Shown here: one piece after another, positions 1 to 8,805 of the stretch
Layout: every line of letters begins with the position of its first letter
How positions within the stretch are numbered: the first letter of the stretch is position 1
Origin: Flavobacteriales bacterium
Lineage (GTDB): Bacteria; Bacteroidota; Bacteroidia; Flavobacteriales; Flavobacteriaceae
DNA: 43,056 nt
Direction of reading: 5' to 3'
NCBI GenBank assembly: GCA_038212575.1
Contig: JBBQUI010000001.1
Coordinates: 1 to 43,056 of the forward strand
Position numbers and translations under genes: made by a program
The notes under the pieces: generated by a model
The model's input: the letters and a program-made list of their open reading frames with translations, nothing else
Database searches by the model: none
What the model was told of the DNA's origin: nothing

Positions 1-54
1 TTCAATGTTCAATGTTCAATGTTCAATGTTCAATGTTCAATGTTCAATGTTCAA
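1..54. repeat. Heptamer tandem array (TTCAATG)x7+, truncated by window start
   Basis: Seven perfect TTCAATG copies at 1-49 plus partial TTCAA. Confidence 0.95.
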
Positions 55-81
55 AAATAAATTTTCCGTTTCTTTCAAACA

Positions 82-112
82 AAATAACTCCATAACTTAT
101 TAACTAATAACT
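82..112. repeat. Degenerate ~7-mer array (TAACT core) abutting the YqeY stop codon
   Basis: aataactccataacttattaactaataact. Confidence 0.6.
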
Positions 113-560
113 AAGAAAGTCTTGCTTTCACAACACTCGAAATGGTTTTGCCATCTGCCTTTCCTGCAAGTTTTGCGCTGGCCAAGCCCATTACTTTGCC
201 CATATCTGCCATTGATGATGCTCCTGTTTCGGTAATTATTCCATCTACAATCTTGCTTACTTCTTCTTCACTTAACTGTTGCGGCAAAAACTGTTCTATC
301 ACTTTTGCTTGAATCAATTCCGGTTCAGCTAGGTCTAGGCGGTTTTGTTCTTTATAAATAGCCGCACTGTCCTTTCTTTGTTTTACTTGTTTTTGAAGTA
401 ATTTTATTTCTTCATCTTCGGTCAAATCTGCTTTAGCGCCCGTTTCAGTCTGTGCCAAAAGCAACGCAGATTTTACCGAACGTAAGGCCTCTAAAGATTG
501 CGTGTCCTTTGCTTTCATTGCGGTTTTCATCGCCTCCATTACCTTTTCCTGTAAGCTCAT
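111..560 (-). CDS. GatB/YqeY domain protein
   Basis: MKTAMKAKD..LRSVKSA, KQRKDSAAIY, FLPQQLSEEE, DMGKVMG motifs of the YqeY family; follows ftsZ. Confidence 0.92.
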   Translation of the reverse strand: MSLQEKVMEAMKTAMKAKDTQSLEALRSVKSALLLAQTETGAKADLTEDEEIKLLQKQVKQRKDSAAIYKEQNRLDLAEPELIQAKVIEQFLPQQLSEEEVSKIVDGIITETGASSMADMGKVMGLASAKLAGKADGKTISSVVKARLS

Positions 561-651
561 TTCTGTGTGTTTTTTATAGAGTGCGAAGATACTTAATAAA
601 GCGGAAACCCGAAACAGTAAAATTTAGATTATTGGGAATGAAAACACAATT

Positions 652-688
652 AAAAAGAAAAGCCCGAAATCAATACTGAAATTCGGGC
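652..688 (-). terminator. Probable intrinsic terminator after ftsZ
   Basis: GCCCGAA (662-668)/TTCGGGC (682-688) stem with adjacent A-rich run (U tract on minus strand). Confidence 0.6.
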
Positions 689-713
689 CCTGCTTTAAGT
701 GAAAAAGTATCAC

Positions 714-2678
714 TTAGTCTACATTATCATGTAGAAATGAATTGTTTTTACGCAACTCAATCTCATCGTCATCCGTACTTACGGAAGTTCTTGAAATATT
801 CGGTTCATTTTTGGTTTCGTTCAGATCGATGCCCATGCGCTTGTATGCAGGCTGCTTTTCAATCTCATCAATGCGGGAAGGACTGTTTTTGAATTTATAA
901 TTGAACTCCTTCATTTTCCTTTTGCGCTCTTCGGTACGATCACTCAAAATTTTTGAGATTGGTGAATTTAGCGGGTCTTCATCACCTTGAATATCTGCAT
1001 CTTTTTTATTTGGTTCGGAGATCGTTCTTTTTTCAAAAACAATTTCTTCATCTTCCAATTCTTCGGCAACTACTTTTGAAGGTTTTGCACTGTTTAAACG
1101 GTTTTCAACTTCTTGATAATCGTCCAAGCTATAACGCTTTATTCCTTCACCGGAAACTTCTGTTATAGGAATAATTTCTACGTGGTCTTGAACTTCAATT
1201 TCTTCCAAATTAAAGAAAACTGTGTCTTCATTCTTTTCGTTTTCTGAAGATTTTTTAGAAGAATTTATTGGAAGATCAAACATCAATATCTGATCTTCTG
1301 CGTCATTTACTTCAACCTGCTTCTTTTCTTCTTCCTGCTTTTTTGGAGCTTCAAGGATCACAAACTCGTTTACATTTATTTTATTGATTTCCACTTGGCT
1401 GAATTCCTCAATATTTTCAGCGTCTACTTCTTCATAGGAAACTTGTAAATTTCTAAGTAACTCAGAAGTCTTGATATACCCTTTAAAAGGTAGTTTTTCT
1501 TCCACTTCTGCCTCATCAAAAAGCGTATGCTTTACTACAGGAGCTTCCGCTCTTGGTTGCGCATTTGTAGGCTTTTCAGGCAAACGAATGGAAGAGGCCG
1601 TGGCTTTTGGCGTAAGGGTTTGCTCAGCCTTTTGCTCGTCTTCAAGCGTGTGGATTATTTTTTTTGTTTCTGTATTTACTATTTCGTTTTGTTGTTCAAC
1701 GTTAAACCCCGTTGCAATCACGGTGATAGAGATAGAGCCCTCAAGGCTTTCCTCTTCGCCCACACCCATAATGATGTTTGCACTGTGGCCAGCTTCTTCT
1801 TGGATGTGATCACTAATTTCGCCAATTTCATCAATAGTAATTTCATCTGTTCCAGAAACGATAAGCAGCAACACGTTTTTGGCTCCTTTTATTTTATTGT
1901 CGTTAAGCAATGGGGAATCCAACGCTCTGCCAATAGCCTCTTTTGCTCTATTGGCTCCTGAAGCTGTGGCGCTTCCCATAATTGCAGTACCACTGTTTGC
2001 AAGAACAGTTTTGGCATCACGAAGGTCAATGTTTTGCGTGTAGTGGTGCGTGATTACTTCGGCTATACCACGAGCAGCGGTGGCCAAAACTTCATCAGCT
2101 TTTGAGAAACCTGCCTTAAAACCTAGGTTTCCATATACTTCACGTAATTTATTGTTATTTATTACTACCAGCGAATCCACATTTTGACGCAGTTTTTCAA
2201 CCCCAATATGAGCTTGGTCGTTTCGTGTTTTTCCTTCAAACTGGAATGGAATAGTCACAATCCCCACAGTAAGAATGTCCATATCCTTGGCCATTTTTGC
2301 AATAATCGGGGCTGCACCGGTACCTGTACCTCCGCCCATTCCGGCAGTAATGAAAATCATTTTGGTATTGGTGGTAAGCATACTGCGGATTTCCTCCATA
2401 CTTTCCACAGCAGATTGCTCGCCAACTTTAGGGTTTGCACCTGCACCCAAACCCTCGGTAAGTGAAACTCCCAATTGGATTTTGTTTGGCACAGGACTGT
2501 TTTCCAATGCTTGTGAATCTGTATTACATATTACAAAGTCAACTCCCTTTATGCCCTGGCTGAACATATGGTTAATAGCGTTACTCCCTCCACCGCCTAC
2601 TCCAATCACCTTAATCACGTTGGATTGGTTCTTCGGCAGGTCGAATGAAATGTTGTCAAATTCTGTTTTGCTGCTCAT
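714..2678 (-). CDS. ftsZ: Cell division GTPase FtsZ with long acidic C-terminal extension
   Basis: IKVIGVGGGGSNA, tubulin signature GMGGGTGTG, NIDLRD, C-terminal FLHDNVD. Confidence 0.99.
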   Translation of the reverse strand: MSSKTEFDNISFDLPKNQSNVIKVIGVGGGGSNAINHMFSQGIKGVDFVICNTDSQALENSPVPNKIQLGVSLTEGLGAGANPKVGEQSAVESMEEIRSMLTTNTKMIFITAGMGGGTGTGAAPIIAKMAKDMDILTVGIVTIPFQFEGKTRNDQAHIGVEKLRQNVDSLVVINNNKLREVYGNLGFKAGFSKADEVLATAARGIAEVITHHYTQNIDLRDAKTVLANSGTAIMGSATASGANRAKEAIGRALDSPLLNDNKIKGAKNVLLLIVSGTDEITIDEIGEISDHIQEEAGHSANIIMGVGEEESLEGSISITVIATGFNVEQQNEIVNTETKKIIHTLEDEQKAEQTLTPKATASSIRLPEKPTNAQPRAEAPVVKHTLFDEAEVEEKLPFKGYIKTSELLRNLQVSYEEVDAENIEEFSQVEINKINVNEFVILEAPKKQEEEKKQVEVNDAEDQILMFDLPINSSKKSSENEKNEDTVFFNLEEIEVQDHVEIIPITEVSGEGIKRYSLDDYQEVENRLNSAKPSKVVAEELEDEEIVFEKRTISEPNKKDADIQGDEDPLNSPISKILSDRTEERKRKMKEFNYKFKNSPSRIDEIEKQPAYKRMGIDLNETKNEPNISRTSVSTDDDEIELRKNNSFLHDNVD

Positions 2679-2743
2679 ATTTTTATATTTTATTGCAATT
2701 TTTAATTTTTTTTCTGCGTACTGTTACTGCATACTGGACACTT

Positions 2744-4102
2744 TTATTCTGCGTTATCCAAAAACTCCTTGAATTTTTCAGCCCATTTATCAAAAAACTT
2801 TTTTGAGGTCTTTTGTTCTTTGTCTTTGGATTTTTCTCCCTTTTTTTCGATCTCTTGATCAGATTCTGTTTCTCCAGCCTTCTCCTCTTTCTCCTGTGAA
2901 GTTGCTTCGTGCGTAAAACGTTTCATCAACGAAGATTTTTCTTTGCTTTCCAAACTGTTCAGCACAAGGCCAACTGCTGTTGCATACATTGGGCTGGTGG
3001 TTTCTGAATCGCTATCACCAGCTAAATGCTCGTTCGGATAACCAATACGGGTGTCCATTCCAGTGATATATTCCACCAATTGTTTGATATGCTGAAGCTG
3101 AGCTCCTCCGCCAGTAAGTACTATTCCTGCAATAAGTTTCTTTTTTTGGTCCTCGTGTCCGTAGTTTTTGATTTCCATATACACCTGCTCGATAATCTCG
3201 ATTACGCGTGCGTGGATTATTTTTGAAAGATTTTTTAAGCTGATTTCCTTCGGTTCCCTTCCACGAAGACCGGGAATAGAAACTATTTCGTTGTCTTTGT
3301 TTTCACCGGGCCAAGCTGAGCCAAATTTTATTTTCAGCAATTCCGCCTGCTTTTCAATAATAGAGCAACCTTCTTTGATGTCTTCTGTAATCACATTTCC
3401 ACCGAAAGGAATTACTGCCGTATGGCGAATGATTCCATCTTTGAAAATTGCCAAATCAGTCGTTCCCCCTCCTATATCAATCAGCGCTACACCTGCTTCT
3501 TTTTCCTCTTGGCTCAAAACTGCTTTTGCTGAAGCCAAGGGTTCCAAAGTGATTGCCGAAAGTTCCAATCCTGCACTTTTTATACATCGGCCTACATTTC
3601 TAATAGAGGATACCTGCCCAACCACCACGTGGAAATTTGCTTCCAAACGTGCGCCATACATTCCGATGGGTTCTTTTACCTCGGCCTGTCCATCCACCTT
3701 AAAATCCTGTGGCAAAACGTGCAGTATTTCTTCGCCCGGAAGCATCACAAGTTTGTGGACTTGGTTGCAAAGACGGTCAATATCTTCTTCGCTAATAACG
3801 TCTTCCCCATTTGGACGGGTAATATAATCGCTATGTTGAAGGCTTCTAATATGTTGCCCTGCAATACCCACAACCACTTCCTTTATCTTCATTCCCGAAG
3901 AAGTCTCAGCATCCTGCACCGCTTGTTGAATGGATTGAATGGTCTGGGTAATGTTGTTCACCACACCGCGGTGCACACCAAGGCTTTTCGCCTTTCCGAT
4001 TCCCAATATCTCCATTTTGCCATAATCATTTTTCCTACCAATCATAGCAACTATCTTGGTAGTTCCAATATCTAATCCTACAGCAATATTATCGTTTTCC
4101 AT
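2744..4102 (-). CDS. ftsA: Cell division protein FtsA
   Basis: VGLDIGTTKI, IDIGGGTTD, VLTGGGA, YATAVGL; upstream of ftsZ. Confidence 0.98.
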   Translation of the reverse strand: MENDNIAVGLDIGTTKIVAMIGRKNDYGKMEILGIGKAKSLGVHRGVVNNITQTIQSIQQAVQDAETSSGMKIKEVVVGIAGQHIRSLQHSDYITRPNGEDVISEEDIDRLCNQVHKLVMLPGEEILHVLPQDFKVDGQAEVKEPIGMYGARLEANFHVVVGQVSSIRNVGRCIKSAGLELSAITLEPLASAKAVLSQEEKEAGVALIDIGGGTTDLAIFKDGIIRHTAVIPFGGNVITEDIKEGCSIIEKQAELLKIKFGSAWPGENKDNEIVSIPGLRGREPKEISLKNLSKIIHARVIEIIEQVYMEIKNYGHEDQKKKLIAGIVLTGGGAQLQHIKQLVEYITGMDTRIGYPNEHLAGDSDSETTSPMYATAVGLVLNSLESKEKSSLMKRFTHEATSQEKEEKAGETESDQEIEKKGEKSKDKEQKTSKKFFDKWAEKFKEFLDNAE

Positions 4103-4106
4103 GGCC

Positions 4107-4823
4107 TTACTTTTTTGTGGCTATTACCTGACTGTTAAATTTCAGGTTTACCATATTGTACCCATATAGCGTACTGTCCTGTTTTGTTTTTTTATAAAAC
4201 GCTTTAAAGTTTTGAAACTTTTTTTCAATATTTTCCGGTTTTCCAAAAAGAACTTTAAAATCCATTTTTCGAAGCTCCAACTCAATGTCGCCATCCGTCT
4301 TTCGGTTTAGACCCACCACGCTGCTTCTCATAAATTCATCTTTTTCAATTTTAAGCAACAATCGGGTAACTTCGTTGAAATTATTTTTTGAAGTTCCCGT
4401 AATTATTGGTACTCTCGCGGAATAAACATTAGACAACGGCATCTTCATTCCGTCTGCATCTAAATAATAATCCGGCGAAGCTGACACTCTGCCTATAGGT
4501 TTACGCTGTTCAATTTTTGCCCCCAAAGTACCGTCAACCGATACATAGACCTGAGCATCACGAATCATAGGGTTTTCCCGCAGTCTTTGCTCCATCATCT
4601 TCAAAACTAAAGTTTCTTTACCTATGCTCGTAACCTTCTCATGATTTTGTATCAACAATTTATTAACTGAATTGTAGGTAATGAAAGGGCTATTTTTATC
4701 AACAAATTCAACGTCTAGTTTCGTAAGTTTCCGGGCATCGTTTCGCTTTTTGGTAAAGCTGAAAAGGAATGTGATCAACCCGAGCAGGAAAATAAACTTT
4801 ATGATTTCTAGACTACGCTTCAT
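4107..4823 (-). CDS. ftsQ: Cell division protein FtsQ/DivIB
   Basis: N-terminal TM, POTRA-like region, IEQRKPIGRV; position between murC and ftsA. Confidence 0.88.
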   Translation of the reverse strand: MKRSLEIIKFIFLLGLITFLFSFTKKRNDARKLTKLDVEFVDKNSPFITYNSVNKLLIQNHEKVTSIGKETLVLKMMEQRLRENPMIRDAQVYVSVDGTLGAKIEQRKPIGRVSASPDYYLDADGMKMPLSNVYSARVPIITGTSKNNFNEVTRLLLKIEKDEFMRSSVVGLNRKTDGDIELELRKMDFKVLFGKPENIEKKFQNFKAFYKKTKQDSTLYGYNMVNLKFNSQVIATKK

Positions 4824-6168
4824 TCTTCAATTTTTGGGTTAATTTATTTACTTCAGCACCAATGTCTCCAGCACCTACCAATAGTTTTATTCTGCACTTT
4901 GATTTCAATAATACTTCCGGCAAAGCTGATTTAAATACCAATCTTTTATGTTGTGCATCCACCTGATTTAAAAGCCATTTTGAAGTAATTCCTTCAATGG
5001 GTTCTTCGCGGGCTGGGTAAATATCCAGCAGTACCACCTCGTCAAATTGCGAAAGACTTTTCGCAAAACCTTCTGCAAAATCTCGAGTTCTGCTGAAAAG
5101 ATGCGGCTGAAAAACAATCTGTTTGTGATCGTTCGGATACATTTCGTCCACCGCCTGAAACAGAGCGTCAATTTCTGTGGGATGATGTGCGTAATCATCA
5201 ATCAAAACCAAACTTTCTGATTTGATTTTATAAGAAAAACGACGTTTCACGCCTGTAAAAGTTGCCAATGCTCTGGGCAGGCAATCGGTTGGGGAGCCTG
5301 CTAAAATTGCCATGCCCAAAGCCATTATGGCATTTGTAAGATTGTGATGTCCTGGAAGATTGAAGGTCAAATCCTTTAAAATTCCGTTGGGGGTTTTTAA
5401 ATCGAAAAGATATGCGCCGTCTTTTATTTTTACGTTCTGCGCTTCGTAATCTGCTGGTTCTTCAACGGCAACGGTCATTCCGTCCAATGGAAGATTCTTT
5501 TTAATGAAAACGTTTTCTTCTTTTTCAACCAATTGTGCAAAAGTTCTGAAGGCAGTTTCTATTTCGGCTGCATCGCCATATATATCCAAATGGTCTGCAT
5601 CCATAGAGGTTACACAAGCAATATCCGGACGCAGCTGAAGAAATGAACGGTCAAATTCATCTGCTTCCACCACCGTTATTTCACTACCTCTGTAAATAAA
5701 ATTTGAATTGTAATTCTCCGCAATTCCACCCAAAAATGCAGTTACGGGCATATTACATTCCGCTAATAAATGTCCTAAAATTGCTGAAGTTGTGGTTTTT
5801 CCGTGAGTTCCCGCAACTGCCAAACAAAGCGTATTTTTTGAAACCTCGCCCAAAAGTTGAGCTCTTTTTAAGATTGAAAATTCTTCGGAAAAGAAGTGAT
5901 TCAAAATTTTGTTGCCCTTGGGAATTGCCGGCGTGTAAACCACCAAAACATTCTCTTTTGAAAGTACCGCCTTTTGAATTTCCGAAATTTCATCGTTGAA
6001 AGTCACGGGAATTCCTTCAGCAATCAATTCCTCCGTTAAATCAGTTGAAGTTTTGTCATAACCAAAAACAGCTTTCCCCTGCATTTTGAAATACCGCGCA
6101 AGCGCACTCATCCCAATGCCGCCGATACCGACGAAATAGAAAGTTTGGATGTTACTTAGGTTATTCAA
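4813..6168 (-). CDS. murC: UDP-N-acetylmuramate--L-alanine ligase
   Basis: FVGIGGIGMSALA, AGTHGKTTT, EADEFDRSFL, DDYAHHPTE. Confidence 0.98.
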   Translation of the reverse strand: MNNLSNIQTFYFVGIGGIGMSALARYFKMQGKAVFGYDKTSTDLTEELIAEGIPVTFNDEISEIQKAVLSKENVLVVYTPAIPKGNKILNHFFSEEFSILKRAQLLGEVSKNTLCLAVAGTHGKTTTSAILGHLLAECNMPVTAFLGGIAENYNSNFIYRGSEITVVEADEFDRSFLQLRPDIACVTSMDADHLDIYGDAAEIETAFRTFAQLVEKEENVFIKKNLPLDGMTVAVEEPADYEAQNVKIKDGAYLFDLKTPNGILKDLTFNLPGHHNLTNAIMALGMAILAGSPTDCLPRALATFTGVKRRFSYKIKSESLVLIDDYAHHPTEIDALFQAVDEMYPNDHKQIVFQPHLFSRTRDFAEGFAKSLSQFDEVVLLDIYPAREEPIEGITSKWLLNQVDAQHKRLVFKSALPEVLLKSKCRIKLLVGAGDIGAEVNKLTQKLKNEA

Positions 6169-6187
6169 AATTCAAGGTTTAATTTTT

Positions 6188-6254
6188 GTCGATGAGTCTA
6201 TGAGTTTAGGAGTTGAGTTTTCTTCTCAACCCATCGACTTATCAACTCATCGAC
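6188..6254. repeat. Inverted pair of 8-mer arrays forming a ~30-bp imperfect hairpin at the murG-murC junction
   Basis: GTCGATGA/GTCTATGA/GTTTAGGA/GTTGAG (6188-6217), 7-nt loop, CTCAAC/CCATCGAC/TTATCAAC/TCATCGAC (6225-6254). Confidence 0.8.
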
Positions 6255-7341
6255 TCATTTTTAATAATTTTTCAATTTCTTCAACTATATCTTTTGTGGC
6301 ATTTGGTTTCGCCAGTTTTTTAATATTTTCTGAAAGTGTCTTTTGTATTTCTTCGGAATTGATCAGTTCTGAAAATTGCTTTTCAAAGCTTGAATCCAAA
6401 TCGCTTTCTTTAATCAACAACGCCGCATTTTTTTCTGAAATTGCCATCGCGTTTTTGGTTTGGTGGTCTTCCGCCACATTGGGTGAAGGGATAAAAATTA
6501 CTGGTTTCCCCACCAAACACAATTCTGAAACCGATAGCGCGCCCGCTCTGGAGATAATAAAATTACTCGCAGCGTACGCCAAATCCATTCGGTTTAAAAA
6601 AGCATGTACCTGCACAGTTTCGGTTCCTTTGTTTTTATAGGTTTCTTCATAATACTTTCCGCATTGCCAAATGACTTGTAAATTGTTCTTTTCAAAAAAT
6701 GACAATGATTTTTCAATCAATTGGTTGATTCTTCGTGCACCCAAACTTCCGCCCAAAACTAACAGGGTTTTCTTCTCTTTTTTCAAATTGAAGAAAGCCA
6801 TTGCCTCTTCTTTTTTTGAAGAAATTTCCAGTAAATCCTGACGAACGGGATTGCCCGTCAGCTTTATTTTTTCGGAAGGAAAGAATTTTTCCATTCCTTC
6901 GTAAGCCACGCATATTTTTTGGACTTTACCACTCAACCACTTGTTTGTGATTCCGGCGTGGCTGTTTTGTTCTTGAATTAAACAAGGAATACCGCGCAAT
7001 GCGGCCATTCGCAGTAACGGAGCGCTTGCATAACCGCCGGTTCCTATTGCTACATCGGGTTTAAATTTTCGGAGTATTTTTTGGGATTTCCGAAGACTTG
7101 AAACGAGTTTCAACGGAAAAGCCAAATTCTGAAGTGATAAACTTCTTTGCAATCCAGAAATCCAAAGACCTTTGATTTTATAACCTGCTTGCGGTACTTT
7201 TTCCATCTCCATTCTATCTTTTGCGCCTACAAACAAAAATTCAGCATCGGGGAAACGGATTTTTAACTCGTTCGCAATGGCAACCGCCGGGTAAATATGA
7301 CCTCCGGTTCCCCCGCCTGATATGATGAATTTTGGTTTCAA
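6247..7341 (-). CDS. murG: Lipid II GlcNAc transferase MurG
   Basis: [34 protein letters not shown]; TTG start. Confidence 0.98.
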   Translation of the reverse strand: MKPKFIISGGGTGGHIYPAVAIANELKIRFPDAEFLFVGAKDRMEMEKVPQAGYKIKGLWISGLQRSLSLQNLAFPLKLVSSLRKSQKILRKFKPDVAIGTGGYASAPLLRMAALRGIPCLIQEQNSHAGITNKWLSGKVQKICVAYEGMEKFFPSEKIKLTGNPVRQDLLEISSKKEEAMAFFNLKKEKKTLLVLGGSLGARRINQLIEKSLSFFEKNNLQVIWQCGKYYEETYKNKGTETVQVHAFLNRMDLAYAASNFIISRAGALSVSELCLVGKPVIFIPSPNVAEDHQTKNAMAISEKNAALLIKESDLDSSFEKQFSELINSEEIQKTLSENIKKLAKPNATKDIVEEIEKLLKMSR

Positions 7342-7369
7342 ATCTTGATTTTTGTTTTATTCATGAACA

Positions 7370-7419
7370 TCCCCTTTGCCCTCCCGAAGCAAGTTCGAAA
7401 CAAGTTCTACGAAGGGGGA
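7370..7419. repeat. REP-like nested palindrome
   Basis: Outer TCCCCTTTG...CGAAGGGGGA with inner CCGAAGCAAGTTCGAAAC. Confidence 0.55.
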
Positions 7420-7454
7420 ATTGATTCTACTTCTATTTTAATTCTTAACTTCAA

Positions 7455-7520
7455 TTTCGTATTTCGTATATCGTATTTCGTACTTCGTACTTCGTATTTC
7501 GTCTTCGTACTTCGTATTTC
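7455..7520. repeat. Heptamer array (TTCGTAT/TTCGTAC) directly after the ftsW stop
   Basis: atttcgtatttcgtatatcgtatttcgtacttcgtacttcgtatttc... Confidence 0.9.
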
Positions 7521-8710
7521 TAAATCGCTTCGCTTAAAATATCCAATGGGTTTTCCTCTTTTTCTTCTTTTGCAACTACTTCTCTTTTGGCACTTACGCT
7601 TAAAACCATTCCCAATGCCAAACACGTCATCCAAATGGAGGTTCCTCCACTACTTATCAATGGTAAATTTTGTCCTGTTACGGGGAATAATTCCACGGCA
7701 ACTGCCATATTAATCATTGCCCGAAAAACAATGGGCAAACCAACGCCAATGACGAGCAGTTTTCCAAAAATGGAAGTCGATTTGTGAGCTACCACTACAA
7801 TTCTGAAAAGCAGAAACAGGTAAAGCACCATTAAAAAAAGACCGCCAATGAGACCAAATTCCTCTACAATAATTGCATAAATAAAATCTGAAGAAGATTG
7901 TGGCAAAAAGTTTTTTTGAACACTTTTGCCCGGCCCCACACCCGTAACACCACCTGATGCAATTGCTATTTTTGCTTTTTCTATTTGATAATCTGCTTCA
8001 GTGTCTTTATTATCACTGAAATTTTCAACCCTGCTCATCCAAGTATCAACTCGGTTCGGGAATACATCTGGAAAAGCTTTTGCTGAAATCACAAAAAGAG
8101 TTAGGAAAATTAAGCCGGCACCCAGAATAATTCCTAAATATTTTAAAGGATAGCCCCCAATAAAAACAAGCATCACGATCATAACAAAAAAGATTGCTGT
8201 CGTGGAAAAGTTGGCCGGAAGGATTAAGGCTAGTACTATAAATACTGGAACCCAAAGCGGCAACAATGTTTCTTTGAAAGTAACTGTTTTGTCCTTTATC
8301 CGCGATAAATAGCGCGCAACATAAGTCATCAAAACCACACCTGCCAAGGTTGAAGTCTGAAATGTAACCCCAACGAATGGCACCCGAATCCACCGGCTGG
8401 CGTTGGAGCCTTCAATGGTTGTGCCTTCGGCCATCGTTATAATTAATAGCAATACAACTACGGGAATCGCAATAATAGACAAGCCCCGGAAATAGTGATA
8501 CGGAATTTTGTGAACGCCGTACAAAATGGCAAAACCTAATACCAAATGTGCAAAATGCTTAAACAGATACGGCAGTGTACTTCCATCGCCGTACAAATAT
8601 GCAAGATTACTGCTCGCGCTATAAACCGGCAAAAAAGAGAATAGCGCCAAAAGGCCCACTACTCCCCAAATTGCCCTATCGCCCTGTATGTATTGAAAAA
8701 TGTTTTTCAC
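7520..8710 (-). CDS. ftsW: SEDS peptidoglycan polymerase FtsW
   Basis: Multi-TM; ASRWI, FLPQSSSDFIYAIIVEEFG, LPLISSGGTS; dcw position. Confidence 0.96.
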   Translation of the reverse strand: MKNIFQYIQGDRAIWGVVGLLALFSFLPVYSASSNLAYLYGDGSTLPYLFKHFAHLVLGFAILYGVHKIPYHYFRGLSIIAIPVVVLLLIITMAEGTTIEGSNASRWIRVPFVGVTFQTSTLAGVVLMTYVARYLSRIKDKTVTFKETLLPLWVPVFIVLALILPANFSTTAIFFVMIVMLVFIGGYPLKYLGIILGAGLIFLTLFVISAKAFPDVFPNRVDTWMSRVENFSDNKDTEADYQIEKAKIAIASGGVTGVGPGKSVQKNFLPQSSSDFIYAIIVEEFGLIGGLFLMVLYLFLLFRIVVVAHKSTSIFGKLLVIGVGLPIVFRAMINMAVAVELFPVTGQNLPLISSGGTSIWMTCLALGMVLSVSAKREVVAKEEKEENPLDILSEAI

Positions 8711-8717
8711 TGAAAAA

Positions 8718-8803
8718 GTTTCTGGTTTCTGGTTTCTAGTTTCTGGTTTCTAAAATTTCGTATTTCCGATTTCGTATTTCGTATTTCGTATTTCGTATTT
8801 CAC
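8718..8803. repeat. Two adjacent heptamer arrays (TTTCTGG/TTTCTAG and TTTCGTA) at the murD-ftsW junction
   Basis: gtttctggtttctggtttctagtttctggtttc followed by atttcgtatttccgatttcgtatttcgtatttcgtatttcg. Confidence 0.9.
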
Positions 8804-8805
8804 AT

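Noticed and set aside
714-1700. Very long acidic FtsZ C-terminal region
   Set aside because: Long linkers ending in FLHDNVD are usual in Flavobacteriaceae FtsZ
2184-4075. Long antisense ORFs over ftsZ/ftsA (and similar ones across the window)
   Set aside because: Shadow frames of well-supported genes; no recognisable motifs
7345-7713. ORFs 7345-7713(+), 7407-7634(-), 8736-8963(-), 15311-15694(+), 15714-16040(+) with periodic peptides (e.g. YFVLRTS, EIRNTKY, RDSGFGI)
   Set aside because: They are translations of heptamer arrays and overlap real dcw genes
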